Positions 51,301 to 63,810 of a DNA stretch of 64,000 nt are shown here, piece after piece. This DNA is from Tubiluchus corallicola. Taxonomy: Eukaryota > Animalia > Priapulida. Location of the stretch: NCBI GenBank assembly GCA_030141605.1, contig JAQGDQ010000010.1, forward strand, positions 1,302,001 through 1,366,000, read 5' to 3'. Below the pieces are notes generated by a model. The model made no database searches. It saw nothing but the letters and a program-made list of their open reading frames with translations, and was not told the origin of the DNA. Each line of letters opens with the position of its first letter. Position 1 is the stretch's first letter. The position numbers and the translations under genes are program-made.

Positions 51301-53567
51301 TAAAGCTTCGTCATGTTGTTGTTGCTGCTGCTGCTGTTGTTGTCGTCACGCTTATTTTTGGAAACTGTCACAGGCCAGAGTTTATAGCGCGCCAGAAATT
51401 TCCATTTTTCACTTCTGTTATCAATACGTCTCTCAAATGTGCTAGTTAAATGGGTCACGTCTGCTAAATGGACCTGCAGTACACCTTGTTAGCTTGTTTT
51501 TTTTCTTTCATTCTAATGTATGGATCCGCCACCAACAATGCGTTGTCTAAATTTTTGCAAAAACGGATCATGACTACCGTGAACCCTTCCTTTTATTTTC
51601 TGATGGAAAACATTAACTTTACAAGAAACGAGTACATAAGACGTGCCGGTCCCAGCACTCTAGTGGTTCCATTCTATTGAAGATTCTGCATACAGCAGAA
51701 TATTATTGTTAGTTAGGAGCCAAAATGTGAAAATTAGGACGAATGACATTGTCACTCAACTCCTCTGACAGTGCTGGACTAGGAGTCAATGTTAATGCAT
51801 GCGTGGGCAGACAACTGCGTGTAGATGGGCACTAAGTGTTTTTCAAAAAGTAGGCGTAGCCAGGTCACGTAACATGGGCAAAAGTTTTAAAATGGGGGTG
51901 TGGTCAATAACTCTGTAACTATAAGAGCTAGAATCATGAAACTTGCAGGGTAGGCACCTGAGGCAATGTGACTAACAATGATGTAACCACGAGTGAAATG
52001 GTCAAGGACACTGGCCAGTGGTCAGTTTTTCTTTGTTGCTCACTTCCTCCTAGGGCTTTGAGTTTAATTGAATTTTTTTCACAGGTATTTAGACCCTGTG
52101 GGGTAGGTGTGCTTTAAGTATTTTTTTGGAAATTTGAGTTTAGAAAAGTTCCGTTCTAGGTAAGCAGAAAACGGTAAGAATGGTGACCTCCGGGTCAAAG
52201 GTCACAGAAGCTGGACGGAAAATGTGAAGATTAGGACGAATGAGTTTGTCACTCAACACCACTTATAGTATTGGACTAGAAGCCTATGTTCTTGCACGTA
52301 TGGGTAGGCGCTCGAGCATAGATGTGTATTAAGGAGTTTTCGAAAAATGGGCGTGACAAGGTCGCATGACATAAGTGAAAGTGTTAAAATGGGATTGCAG
52401 TAAAATGGATTTCCTAGCTAAGCAAGCACAGAGAATCCAGCAATAAAATTATGATATTGAGACAAAGGTCAAGTCAAAAAAGATTTTTCACAAGTCAACA
52501 GTTGCAATTTTGATCATAATGCATAATCTTAAGTTTATGACTTCGTCATAAACATAGTCTAGTTTGTTTTGTTATTTCTTTCGCTTACTTATATCTTCGT
52601 TAGTTTGACTGTGTTTGCTCGTTTGTATTCGTTTTGTGATGGTGCATTTGTAATGCATAACTAATTTAAAACTAGCTATTATAGAGTGAATTAGATGCGA
52701 AATATTACTAAGGTACATTCTTCCATTCTTCACATTTCGATTTAATAAGCTTTGCTTAAAGAGACCCTAAAATCCTCCTGTTAGGAGGTTATTCGCCAGG
52801 TGCTCCTCCTGGATGTGCTGAATCGAAAATTAGCCCCCACTGGACATGGAACACCGAGGTAGTTCATTTGATGTGCCACTTGTCACAAACGGTTCATTAA
52901 TATACCTGGAAAATTAACGTAACCTTTAGAACACATACAGAGCCGCATAACATGTGTGTTAAATCTTACCTAGTAAAAATACGGCAACATCGTGAGTGGT
53001 CTGACTAACGTTAAGTTTCAGTCCACGTATCTCCGTTAAACCTGTCTGCTGAATCACAAGCTGCCGAAAATTATGCTGATTTGAAAAATCGAAGTAATTC
53101 CGTTCGTTGAGTTGTATCAGCTTCGGGCTTCCAACTATCGTGAGCTCCTGAAGGTCGTTAACATGAGCGAAAGCTTGTTGATGAATGCCAGACAACTCGG
53201 CATTTTCCTGGAAAGAAAGCAGTTTCATTGTGCCCTTGATAACTTTTCTTTGCAAGTGTTTAACTTTCGAATTTATAATCTGTAGCTCGTCCATTCGAGT
53301 GATGTCAAAAACCAACTCCAAAATCGGATCTTCATATTTCCGAATAGATAATATTTTCAGACATCGTGGCAGTGAAGTGGAAATTTTCTCAACGTCACGG
53401 GGTGAAAGGGGATGTGTTTCACCACAAGTGATGTGACAAGAATCATGTCCAAGTACTTTAGACATGCAATCTGAGGCAGAAAATAGATCTAGCGTATCAC
53501 GACACGCCTCTAACAGTTTTACCATTTCATACAGTACGAGAAGAAAATTTTCTTTAGTGAATTTCAT
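48354..53567 (-). CDS. Divergent extracellular leucine-rich-repeat protein (signal peptide, Cys-rich N-cap, ~4-5 LRRs, LRRCT, hydrophobic C-terminal tail), ~280 aa. Exons 53567-52970 and 48598-48354
   Basis: The phase-1 join CTA G|gtaag ... actag|AC AAC recreates VFLLDNKILCDCSTVWV (LxxNxxxCDC..W LRRCT motif). LRR-like units include LLSFQENAELSGIHQQAFAHVNDLQELTIVGSPKL and LVIQQTGLTEI. The C-terminus is ...AYFLKLQAWIFIIMFSY*. Confidence 0.75.
49711..51163. mobile_element. Foldback-like element with long modular inverted repeats (TTTGGTAC / GTACCAAA units) and a microsatellite-rich centre
   Basis: Left arm 49711 to ~49995 begins catgtaagtttggtac and is built of ~16-nt units. Right arm ~50858-51163 has the complementary units and ends gtaccaaactttcctacatg. 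Confidence 0.75.
51700..52480 (-). repeat. HINE-like interspersed repeat with internal ~180-bp direct repeat (51722 and 52220)
   Basis: aaaatgtgaaRattaggacgaatga..ttgtcactcaac...tggactag occurs twice; ggtcaaaggtca core present. Confidence 0.6.
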
Positions 53568-53790
53568 GATATATCTTAAGCTGGTCTGATTGAAAACTAT
53601 GAAATTGTTAGGTGATTAGAATCCAAGTAAAACAGTTACTGCTTTTCAGGAGTGTTTTAAAGCTCCAATTAGAAAACACAAAAAGCCAGAATTAACTAAC
53701 CTAAACAGAGAATTTTACGTCACAATAAATTATGAGGTTAAGTTAATGATGTCACAAAGATACTTTTTTTTCTATGAAGGTCTATTGTTA

Positions 53791-55686
53791 TGTTACTTAT
53801 ACTAACATAATGTAATAAATCAACGCATAATGTAATAAAATTAACCGACACTGTAACAAAAAACTTAACGCATAATGTAGGACCCCAAAAACACAATGTA
53901 ATAATCCGAAGTCTAACGCATTTTGTAACACCACAGCAACGCATACTGTAATAACAAAAATTCTAGACGATTATATAATAATAAGAATTTACTTGGTACA
54001 ACTTTCTCATATATACTAAAGTAATTTTTATTTTTTTTTAATGTGAAGGTGGTGCTCATCATTAAGCCAGGGTTTCACGGCCAAACTCTTTTGCAAACGA
54101 TCCTATCGAAATTTCTCTAAGTCCAACAGTTGTTAAAAAGTTCCCTCGACCGTGTTTTGTCGCAAATTATTCGTGTGAAGTTCGTCACATTTTTGCGAGT
54201 TTCGATTTTTTCAAATGAAAATCACGAGAATGTAGCACGAAATTCGCACTACATGTTTGCGACTTCTGCGGCCCATGACATTCGCCTTGCCGAGTATATT
54301 GTGGTCATTTCACCACAATTTCTTGGAATTATTGCGCACGTTTCGTGCATATTACGATAGTTTGGCGAACTTTTGGCGAAACGGTGAGTTTTGCAACTCC
54401 GACGACAAACATTTAAATTTTTCCGAAGCCGGCGACCTTTTCACGACAATGGCGAACTCCTGCAAATGTTTGGAGAACTTTTGGCGAATGTACGACGACT
54501 GTTGAACTTTTAGACATTTCCAGATAGTCACTGAAATTCGTGATCCCTATCAGCCTGGTTTTAGCGCCTCGTCTCATTGGCATCACAACCATCTTCAATC
54601 GCATTACCATCATCAGCCCAATGAGCATCAACAAAAATACCAAAATATACCTATATAAATAATAAATTTTATATAGATTTGTTTGTAAAATAGACTTATA
54701 ATCTACAGTGCGCGACGGTCTTACTTGGTGTATAAGGTTATGTACAATAAAAAGTTATAGACATAGTTTTCCAAGCGAGAATTCCTCGAAATGAACCAGG
54801 AACAGACTCGTAATCATTCACCTCGGCGGAGGTAGTTAGTAAAGGCCTACACTAGGCCTATCAGGCCTGTGTGCCTTTAGGCCGCCGAACGCCAAAATTT
54901 TAAGACACCATTGTTTAACTTTACACTTACATTATCCAAGACAAAAGAATCACCTACCAAGATGGTGGCCAGTGGTCGTAGCCCTATCAGTTATCTGTCC
55001 AACAAGCCGACTCACAGCTGATACCTAACAAGAATTGCCACACTAAGGCCGTTTCTCCACAACCATGTTGGTACTATGAAAATATATGTTACAACATTAT
55101 CGACATCACTAAACTTGGAAAGCCATAACTCTTGAAGCACGCCTTTCGGAATCACGTGACTAACACATCATAATGACCCGTCCCCGCCCTGTCAGATCTA
55201 TAGACCGCTGGACCTACGGAAGCCTACATGTGGGGGAAGATTTAAAAGTTATCCACAAAAATCGTCATATCTATGAGTTGCGCTACAAAAAATAAACAAA
55301 GAATGTTAATTCTGGCGAACCATACTGCTGACGACAAAAACAATTTGTTTATGGATGAGATTTTAACATAGCAAGAAAATTTTACTGGGGAAATGTACTG
55401 GGGAAACGAACAATACCACTGGCGAACCGTACTAGTGGCGATATTCCCGTACCACCTCCACAGTATACCATTCCCACAGCCCTACACCACTGGTACGCAA
55501 CAACATTACTTCAGCTAGTTATTACATAAGTCAGTTAAAATTTTTTATTACATTACATGTTTTTGTGGCGTTACAATATGCGTTAAACTTCGGGTTATTA
55601 CATTATGCGTTGATTTTTATTACATTACGCGTTAATTTTTTTCGTTATCACATTATCAGGCGTTTATTACATTATCAGTTGTAACA
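53791..55686. mobile_element. Second foldback-like element with ~170-bp modular TIRs (CATAATGTAATAA units) carrying nested repeats
   Basis: Left tgttac...aacgcataatgtaataa...ccgaagtctaacgcattttgtaacaccaca matches the reverse complement of 55520-55686. An internal cagggtttcacg...cgtgatcccta block (54068-54548) looks like a nested hAT MITE. Confidence 0.75.
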
Positions 55687-57221
55687 AGCAGCCTACTTAC
55701 AATAGAAATTTGAAGGTTTTTAGATATTTAACTTAACGTTAGCAAATGTGAATTCTGAAGCTCTAATACTAAAGTGGCATCCGGATGCTACATAAACGCC
55801 ACTTTAGAAAGTGTCAATGATTTTGATATCAAAGCCTAATTATTTTTAGAATTAAAGTTAGAAGTAATTTAAATGTATTGCTTTTCGAAACAGTCTGATG
55901 CTTAATCTCAATTTTTCCTCAACGTTGACGCTATTATAAATTCACATTTCATTAAAAATCCTATAATTTTTCGTTCGGTGTAAAAGCATATTGCTCCGGA
56001 TACTGATTAGCCCATAAAAACCATTGTATTTATGTAAACTGTAGTGAAGGTATAATTTTCACGTCATGTCATTGGATCTTTCGCCTCAGGTAGGTTAATC
56101 AAGACTTCCTCACATTTAAGCAATTTGTATTAAATGGTAATAACATAAAAATGTGAAATGTTACAACTGTAGATGTAATGTGTAACGATACTGATAAGTC
56201 TAAAGCATATAAAACGGTTAGTAAAATCTTTTTTTAGAATCAGCATGGATTTGCGCGTAAATTAGTTTGCTTCTAGTTTTAAAATGTCCTGCTGTAATAG
56301 TTGCATTAAGGAGGTTATTGCAGGTCTCGCTTAGTCCTAAAATAAGATTACTGAATGGCCTGATGTCTCTGATATGATATGATATAGTACACGTTTCTGC
56401 TTCATCTATACTTGAGCTTCATCTTCTTCAGCTATACATTAATGGCGAAACTGTTTGGTCTGCATGATTCAAGTTCGTCATCATTTTTCGTCATTTTAAA
56501 TGAGTTGGGGCGCTAATACAAGCCTAAGGAATATCTACCTAGATGTTTTTACAGATGAAACCATGGAAAAAGCTTTTAACAGCGTAAGTTTTGAAAATCC
56601 AACATAGATGTAATAGGATCTTTCCCAATAGTTTCCCAATTCTATTTAGCATGTATGTTCGTATACAACTTTAGTCACTTCAAAAAAAAATTTACAGGAA
56701 GCAAATTTAAATTAGTTGCAAGCATCATTAGCAAACTTAAATTAATTACAAGAATTCTAGTTTTTCCGGACCTATATTCATATTTCCAAATTTTTACTGT
56801 TTTCTTTTATCATTATGAATTAAAAAATACTAAAAATTTGGAAATATAAATATAGGTCTAGAAAAAATAGAATGCTTGTGATTAATTTAAGTAATTAATT
56901 AGATACTAATTAATTGACTGTAGTGGGCGATCTCTATTAGAAGTGCAAGCGAGAACAAAAAGGGTAGCCGGGAAGACAACGGTGAAATGTGGTTTCCGTA
57001 GTTAATTATACCCGTGTATGGGACAATTAGTGATTCTTTTGTAATTCTTATGTATGTTAATCGTAATACATTGTAGAATTTACATGAGTATGTAGGAGAT
57101 ATTTTTAGTGTCTGCGTAGGTTTTAAAATACATACAGACAGTATAGCTCAATATAACACAAATTAAAAACGAACCCAGTATCAATAGGTTTCAAGGTCTT
57201 CCCCGGACCAATCCCTACGCG

Positions 57222-57465
57222 TAGGGCCGGAACTAGATGTGGCAAGCAGGGGGGGGGCGCAAAATTTTCTGTGGGGGCGAGGTATCCGAAGTGGTTAAAT
57301 AATGGTTAATTTTTTACCTAATTCTAATTCATATTGAAAATGATTAGATGCGAACTGCAATTTTCACTGCAACAAAAATTATTTGTCCGATTTTGCAGGG
57401 GGGGGGGGCGCAAATTTTGACAAGGGGGCGCGCGCCCCCCTTCGCTCCCCCTAGTTCCGCCCCTG
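57222..57465. mobile_element. 244-bp hAT-type MITE
   Basis: TIR tagggccggaactag / ctagttccgcccctg; exact 8-bp TSD cctacgcg. Confidence 0.9.
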
Positions 57466-58867
57466 CCTACGCGGTAACGCCTTACCCATGCACGCTCCGA
57501 CCACTATTGAAGAGTGTAATAAAGGAACCGAGCTTGCTTTGCTAAAAGAATCAGTGGAACTACGTTAGGAAAGCACACGAAGCCAGACAAATCCTAGTTG
57601 CCTAGTAACAAGTTGTAAAAGTTAGTTTAGATGTTTTTCCATTACAATATTTTGCGAATCTTTTGAGTTTCCAAAACGAAAGCAGTATTAGCATTGTGAA
57701 TTTAATTTAAAACTTACGCATCAGCGATAGTCATTGAGTTAGGCCAACAGCTTGCATTGATTTAGTACACAGATGTTTACTAATGGATACTATTGGGATT
57801 TAATTTACTGCAAAATTGGATGGTTTGTTGTATTTCAATGTTGTATAATTTAGTGCCACTGGGCACATGCAGGGGGTACCTTGTTTTATTTTTGTGAAAA
57901 AGTGGAAACTAGTGGCGTAGCTAGGTTACCAAGTAGGGAGACCCGGATGATTCCCAAAATTCAATAGGGCGAGGGCAAACACTTTGCAGTTAGCAAACTT
58001 TTCAAGCCTTTCAATTTTCATTGTCATATTAAATTGAAAAACGTGAAGCGATTATGCAGACTTTGTGAAAGCTTATATACGTATAAATGTAGGACAGTAT
58101 ACAAAACAAAGTACCTATTACACATGTATAACGTATAGAATTTCAATAAGGCATAATAAGACCAAATGAATGTTATTTAACGAAGATTAAGTTAAAAGGC
58201 ATGTATCATATGTGATGAACTATAGTAACCCCATTATTACAATGAATTTATGTTCGTTATTATTATTACTAACTGAAGGTAGATCTACGTATTAATATAT
58301 TCTACTATGTACTACTATGATTATGATTACAATCTCATCAGTTAAGAATTGAGACCGGGCGATAGGCGGCAGAGCCAATAGATTGTAGATTATGTAAATG
58401 CGGGAGCATACAAAAAGAGGAACATGTTTTATGTTCTTGTACTTTAACTGGGCACGTAAGAACAAATCATACTAATATTGATTTAGTACGGCTGCATGTG
58501 AGGTGAGAGACAAGAACGCACATAAAATTTGTTTCGATGTTTTGAACACATATACTTAAAGAAGATTCGCTACTTTGTTTGTAGCAAAATCGAATTTGCT
58601 TCGAAGGTCCCCGACAGTCACTACACATTTTAAGTTTGTCTCTCTCCTTGAATTATATGTTCCTCAAGTTTGGCCTGCCAAATTCCTTGTCGTTTTCTAC
58701 TTACTGTTTTTTGTTGATTTTTTTTATTTTATTACCACTGCAATGTTTCGTCATCGGCAGGAAAATTTTCAAGTAATGGCACCGAACAATTTATTGCACC
58801 AAAGTATAAGAACCCATCATTCCCTTAAATAAATATTCAAAGTAAAAAGGCCTCGCGGGTTTCACTT

Positions 58868-59124
58868 TCGCACAGCCTGCAGTTTTGGCGGTATATGGAA
58901 GGCTAGAAGAGATCAGCATCGAACTCAAGATCATATACACGTCTTCTAATAAATATTATAAGTTTGTCTGTTGAATATCGAGATATTATACGTCCTCCGA
59001 AAATCTTAGTTTCCATTCTGCCTATAAGAAACTTCCAATGCGCTTGCTGAGGTCCAGCGATTTTCTAAATTCATGTTTAATTCGATCTGCACTATTCATA
59101 TCCTTAAAATTGCAGGCTGTGCGA
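58868..59124. mobile_element. MITE-like element with 19-bp inverted repeats
   Basis: tcgcacagcctgcagtttt / aaaattgcaggctgtgcga. Confidence 0.55.
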
Positions 59125-60407
59125 GACGCACAAGACTTATACATTAAAATTTGAGAGGTACGAAATATTACCAATTGATTTGACAACACGTTGATGCAAA
59201 TAATTGTTCTGTATTTTTACTCGTTTTTTGCACTACTGTTATGTAACTCTTTGGAATGCTGCTTTCGTTGTGTTTAATCAGATTTTACATGTAATCTTTA
59301 TAGCATTACAGCTTTCTTGCTTATACAATTCATGAAACTTAACAAACCGTTTTATTGAATACACAACAGCATCTTTGACACATTTATGCAGGCAGTGTCA
59401 TTGCAGAATGCCTTTAACGGAAAAACCAACCTTCGAACAACATTTATTATAGTTTAATATACATTTAAAATATTGAAATTACCACATAATATACTCGAAT
59501 AAAATATCTTGCTTAGAAATGCAAAAGATATTTAAATTATTCGTATTTCTCGCTAAACGAATCTCGCTGCGGGTATATTTAAAAAAATGGCGTAAGCTGG
59601 TGGACAGCACGAAGACGCGGCAAATAGCTTTCATTCAGAAATTTCGCCATTCTAGCCGACTAAATTTTTGTGTTTACTGTGTTTATGTAAAAATTAGTTG
59701 TCTGATAAATTAGCGATAAATTACAGCGTTTACATAGATTTAGCTGACAAGATTATACCTCAAAAGGCGTAAAAACCACATACAATATAATTACAGGTAA
59801 GCATGGAATACAGAAGGTGCCGGGCGGTTTATTTAGCTTATAGAGTTCAGTTTTAACTTGTTAAAATTATTCTGTTATTCGGTCGAGTTCAAGGTTATTG
59901 TTATCGTCGATAACAGATTTTCATTGCATTCTGGGCAATAATATCCATCAAAAATCGAAAAAATAGTATTAATATTCTCTCGCTTAATGTTTTTGATTGT
60001 TTGTCACTTTAGCCAGACGGTTAATAATAGCAACTGCAGCTGCCAAAAAATTTGTACAAACACGGACTGGGATAAGTGCCTATATTGCACGGTAACTGGA
60101 TGAGTCGGGATGACGCAATTTTTCAGTTCAAGATCTTTTAAGACTTTAAAACTTTTAATTTATTTTGCTAACTACACAAAGCGCTTATCACAGTTTTAGT
60201 GCCGAACTTAACTTTTTAACATTTTTCCGAAATATTAAAACAAGATCAACTTCCCGAGAGACTTGGCTTTTGCTTTAATTAAGTCTTTATAGCTTTAATA
60301 CGGAGAATGGATAGCCCTGCTTTCAGACACTCGCATTATCATCTCCTTCTGTCAAGATATACTGCATGGTGACCTATGTTTGTGCAGCAGTAAGTAATTA
60401 AGATTAG

Positions 60408-61826
60408 TTATGGCGACTTATCGATATCTGTTGTTGTAACGGATTGCAGAACAACAAGAGGTTCAGGGTTCAGAATGATTTCACTTCTTTCCATCAGTTC
60501 AATTTTTTCGTCAAATTTATCTGGAGTATTCGTTTCACTACCCGATTTAGGACTTGGGCTACGTCGTCGGTCATTCGGTGAGGCAGCACTTGTGCGCTCA
60601 AGAAACTGCCAAAAATCTTCACCCTCTCTTGGCGCTATGTCTTCAACGTCATCTTGTATGCCGCGACATCTATGGGCACAATATTTGACTTTCTTTATGG
60701 CTTCTTCCCGTATATGTCTGTTAAGGAATCCATAGAGGATAGAGTTCATGGTAAAGCCAGCATATGCTAGCCAGGTAGAGAGTATGTCAATTGAATAATC
60801 TTTATCATCATTGTAATGAGAGCGATACAGTTGAACAATGCAAAATGGACCCCAGAACAAGAGAAAAAACAAAGTAACTGTAGTTAAAGTTTTTACCGCT
60901 TTCCATGGGTTAGATTTGGCCACAGCCTGTTGTCCTTGCTTATTTTTACCCAAAGCTTTTTGTACGGCTGATAATACTGCAAGCGTATTTTGCTCAGCCG
61001 ATTTGCGGTCCACACTTTCGACGTTTCCCACTGCTGGAAATTGAACTTTGTTTTCCCGCGAGAGATCATGCGGCAAATTTCCGGTAGATGGCGCTCTGCT
61101 GGCAGATATAATGCTAATCTGAGGCGGTCGCGCCAGCTGTGGTTCGATTTGAGCGCAAGCTTTGCGTGCAACGTGAAAAATTGATATGTACATGACAACT
61201 ATGATCACAGCCGGTAAAAGAAAGCAAACCACAGATATAAATAAAACATACGACTGCCCATTGTAACCAGTTTTGCCGGTAAATGTACAGTGTCCTCGGC
61301 GCTGACTATAGTCGAACGTGCTCCATTGTAGCAGAGGAGGCATGGAACATAGTGCAGAGAACCCCCACAGGAACAGGACTGCGCAGAGAGATTTTGTCAA
61401 AGTGACATTGGCAGCATGGGACATGGGATAAGCTATGGAATAAAACCGTTCAATGCTGATCATTGCTAAAGACGTAATCGATGCAAATATTAGAAAGGAA
61501 TTGAGAAATCCATTTATCTGACAATGCCTGTCACCAAACAGCCATTCTCTTGACATGTAGTGGACAACGGTCATTGGTACCACAACAATGCTAGCCAATA
61601 TTCCTATTATGCATAAATTCGAAATGAGAACGTAGGTAAGATTGTGTCGGAGATGGGGCGTGAAGATAATTATGCCCAGAACCGCCACATTTGAAACAAA
61701 CGCAGAAATGTTAACAATACACATAAGGATCATTAAATGCAACGACCACTGATGTTCATCAAGTCTGTTAACACTTGGCGTATCATTCGTATAGTTTGTG
61801 GATGAAAACCTATAAAAATCTTCCAT
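60408..61826 (-). CDS. Intronless class A orphan GPCR, GPR61/GPR62-like, 472 aa
   Basis: Seven hydrophobic helices; ISIERFYSIAYPM (DRY-like); CFLLPAVIIVVMYISIFHVAR; FWGP; NSILYGFLNRHIR. The C-tail REGEDFWQFLER resembles, from recall, the GPR61 tail (REGSIEENFLQFL). Confidence 0.9.
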   Translation of the reverse strand: MEDFYRFSSTNYTNDTPSVNRLDEHQWSLHLMILMCIVNISAFVSNVAVLGIIIFTPHLRHNLTYVLISNLCIIGILASIVVVPMTVVHYMSREWLFGDRHCQINGFLNSFLIFASITSLAMISIERFYSIAYPMSHAANVTLTKSLCAVLFLWGFSALCSMPPLLQWSTFDYSQRRGHCTFTGKTGYNGQSYVLFISVVCFLLPAVIIVVMYISIFHVARKACAQIEPQLARPPQISIISASRAPSTGNLPHDLSRENKVQFPAVGNVESVDRKSAEQNTLAVLSAVQKALGKNKQGQQAVAKSNPWKAVKTLTTVTLFFLLFWGPFCIVQLYRSHYNDDKDYSIDILSTWLAYAGFTMNSILYGFLNRHIREEAIKKVKYCAHRCRGIQDDVEDIAPREGEDFWQFLERTSAASPNDRRRSPSPKSGSETNTPDKFDEKIELMERSEIILNPEPLVVLQSVTTTDIDKSP

Positions 61827-62779
61827 TATTTCACAAAGGAGTTCTTTTTGACTGTATTTTTTCTTTTAGTAGATAATTGCTCCTCTTTGGCACATCTATG
61901 CTAGGCCCCTGCACGAAAGAACCTCCGCTTTGCCCCACAATAACTTTTGATGTAGATAGAAATAAATTATTAATCACTATCATCTCTTTTGTTGTCGGGT
62001 GCCACTATATTGTTGGGTATCATAGTATTTTCATTTTTGGTCGTAAACCAAAGCCCTCGGGGATTTCTGTACATTAGTGTAATGGAATCACACTAAGCTT
62101 GGAATGAAATCATTCTTTTTTAAACATTCAGTGCTCAGCAGTTATTGTCGTATTGGAAATGTGAGTTGCGCAACTAGCCAAGCTAACTTTCAACCATCTG
62201 TATCGAAAATGGTCTTCGCATTCGATCTGCAGTAACCAGCATAAATGTCGCTTTCTTCAGGGTCCTGTAGGTTCTTTCGCGTCACGCCATTAAATCTGCA
62301 AATGTACGAAACTGATGAATAAAAGTCTTAGACTAGTCATTCAAATAGATATCTGTCAAAGCCCTAGTTTCTTTATAAGTTTAAATCGCTAAAGACTTTT
62401 GAAGCAACCAGTGAAGCTCTCACTTTGTTGACAGTAGATAAATAAACCAATTTGTTAGACATACACGTGATTTTAGAGGCAATCTTCTACTGTTATTGAG
62501 ATTATAGTGTAAGTCAGGTACATTAATTTTGTGTTTAATGCAGAATGACAATTTGGGGTTTTACTGCCATCAAATGTTGACAGGCGATGCGACTATCCGC
62601 ATAGTCCGGTTGTTCGCAAGAGTTTTCTACTAAAACGCACATGTGTATCTTATATAGATTATAGTTAACAGTAGCTGTTAAAAGAGTCTCGTTGTGGAAC
62701 TCGTTGGGGTCTGCTGTGCTTACTCATTGGCTCTGAAAATGACAAAATCATAGGAAACTAATCTCGGCCTTACACTCAG

Positions 62780-63001
62780 TGAGGTTTAGATTGGTGTACA
62801 CTAAGTTAAAAGGCTAGGTATTGCGAATTGATCACATTTGAATTAGTGAACGAATCGGCTCCTACTCTCCTCGAGACTGATTTGTTCAATTTTTAAACCG
62901 TACCTGTTTTTATTATCATATTGTTATTATAATTATGTATTTAGTTTAATGTTTTATGTTGCAAATCAGCCAAATAAAAAACTATTGAATTGAATTGAAT
63001 T
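62780..63001 (+). mobile_element. 3' end of an L2/CR1-like LINE or SINE with aataaa plus (ATTGA)n tail
   Basis: ...ctcctcgagactgatt...agccaaataaaaaactattgaattgaattgaatt; same tail type as the element at 15841. Confidence 0.55.
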
Positions 63002-63006
63002 GCCCC

Positions 63007-63810
63007 TTAGAGTGCTCGCGGGTTATCTATTTTCATTGTAACCTATGCCGTTCGATCCGCCTCATCGAGACCTTTCATTTTATGTGCTACAAGGTACCAT
63101 TGCTCGACACTCGATGCACTTCTGTTCCCGACCCCCATTTTTCGGTTTTTGCCCCCTAGCGGAAATTTTCCTATACACGCATGTCCCATATTTTGTGATG
63201 TGCAGGGCCACGACCCAACCTAGCAAAATACCAAATATTGCGGCCCTAGCGCAAAACTATGGGGATAGATGGGTCATAAAGAAAAATAAATAAAGACCCA
63301 TCCACTACGTGACCTTTGATCTGGCAAATGTATACGTACATAACGTGGCCCAGAGAGTGTACCCTGTGAGGTTTGTGTCCTTAGCCTTCAGTATGTAAAA
63401 GGTCACCAATTGGGGACCCCAAATTTTGCATTTTGCCCCCTACCTCGGGTGTTTAAAGCTTGTCAGCTTTTTAAAACCCCAGGCGCACATCTACCCTACA
63501 GTACCCAAATACTTGTGAAAATTTTTTTAGAAAAACCGAAAACACTAGGAGGAGATGCAAATGAAAGGAAAAACTGACCGGCGCCCACTGTCTGCATCCC
63601 TTGACCAGTGGTCAGTGGTCACCATACTGTAGTTCGTCCCCTGTCCAGGGCTACCAACCCTGTGAGTTTGGTGACCCTAGCTTGCAGGCTAACGAGTTAT
63701 TAAGGGTTAAAGTTGTGAATAATAAATAATAATAAGAAACATAATACCAACTGAAAAACAGTAAGATTTTGCTAAAAAATCCGTACAAGCTCCCCAAAGC
63801 AGTATTTGAC
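63007..63810 (+). repeat. HINE/Helentron-derived-like interspersed repeat, related to 27240-27700
   Basis: Shared internal motifs (gtgacctttga, taggaggagat, accctgtgag twice). Confidence 0.55.

Noticed and set aside
52757-52905. Candidate internal exon of the LRR gene after ttttccag
   Set aside because: Stops occur in all three frames, and the direct exon1-exon2 join restores the LRRCT motif.
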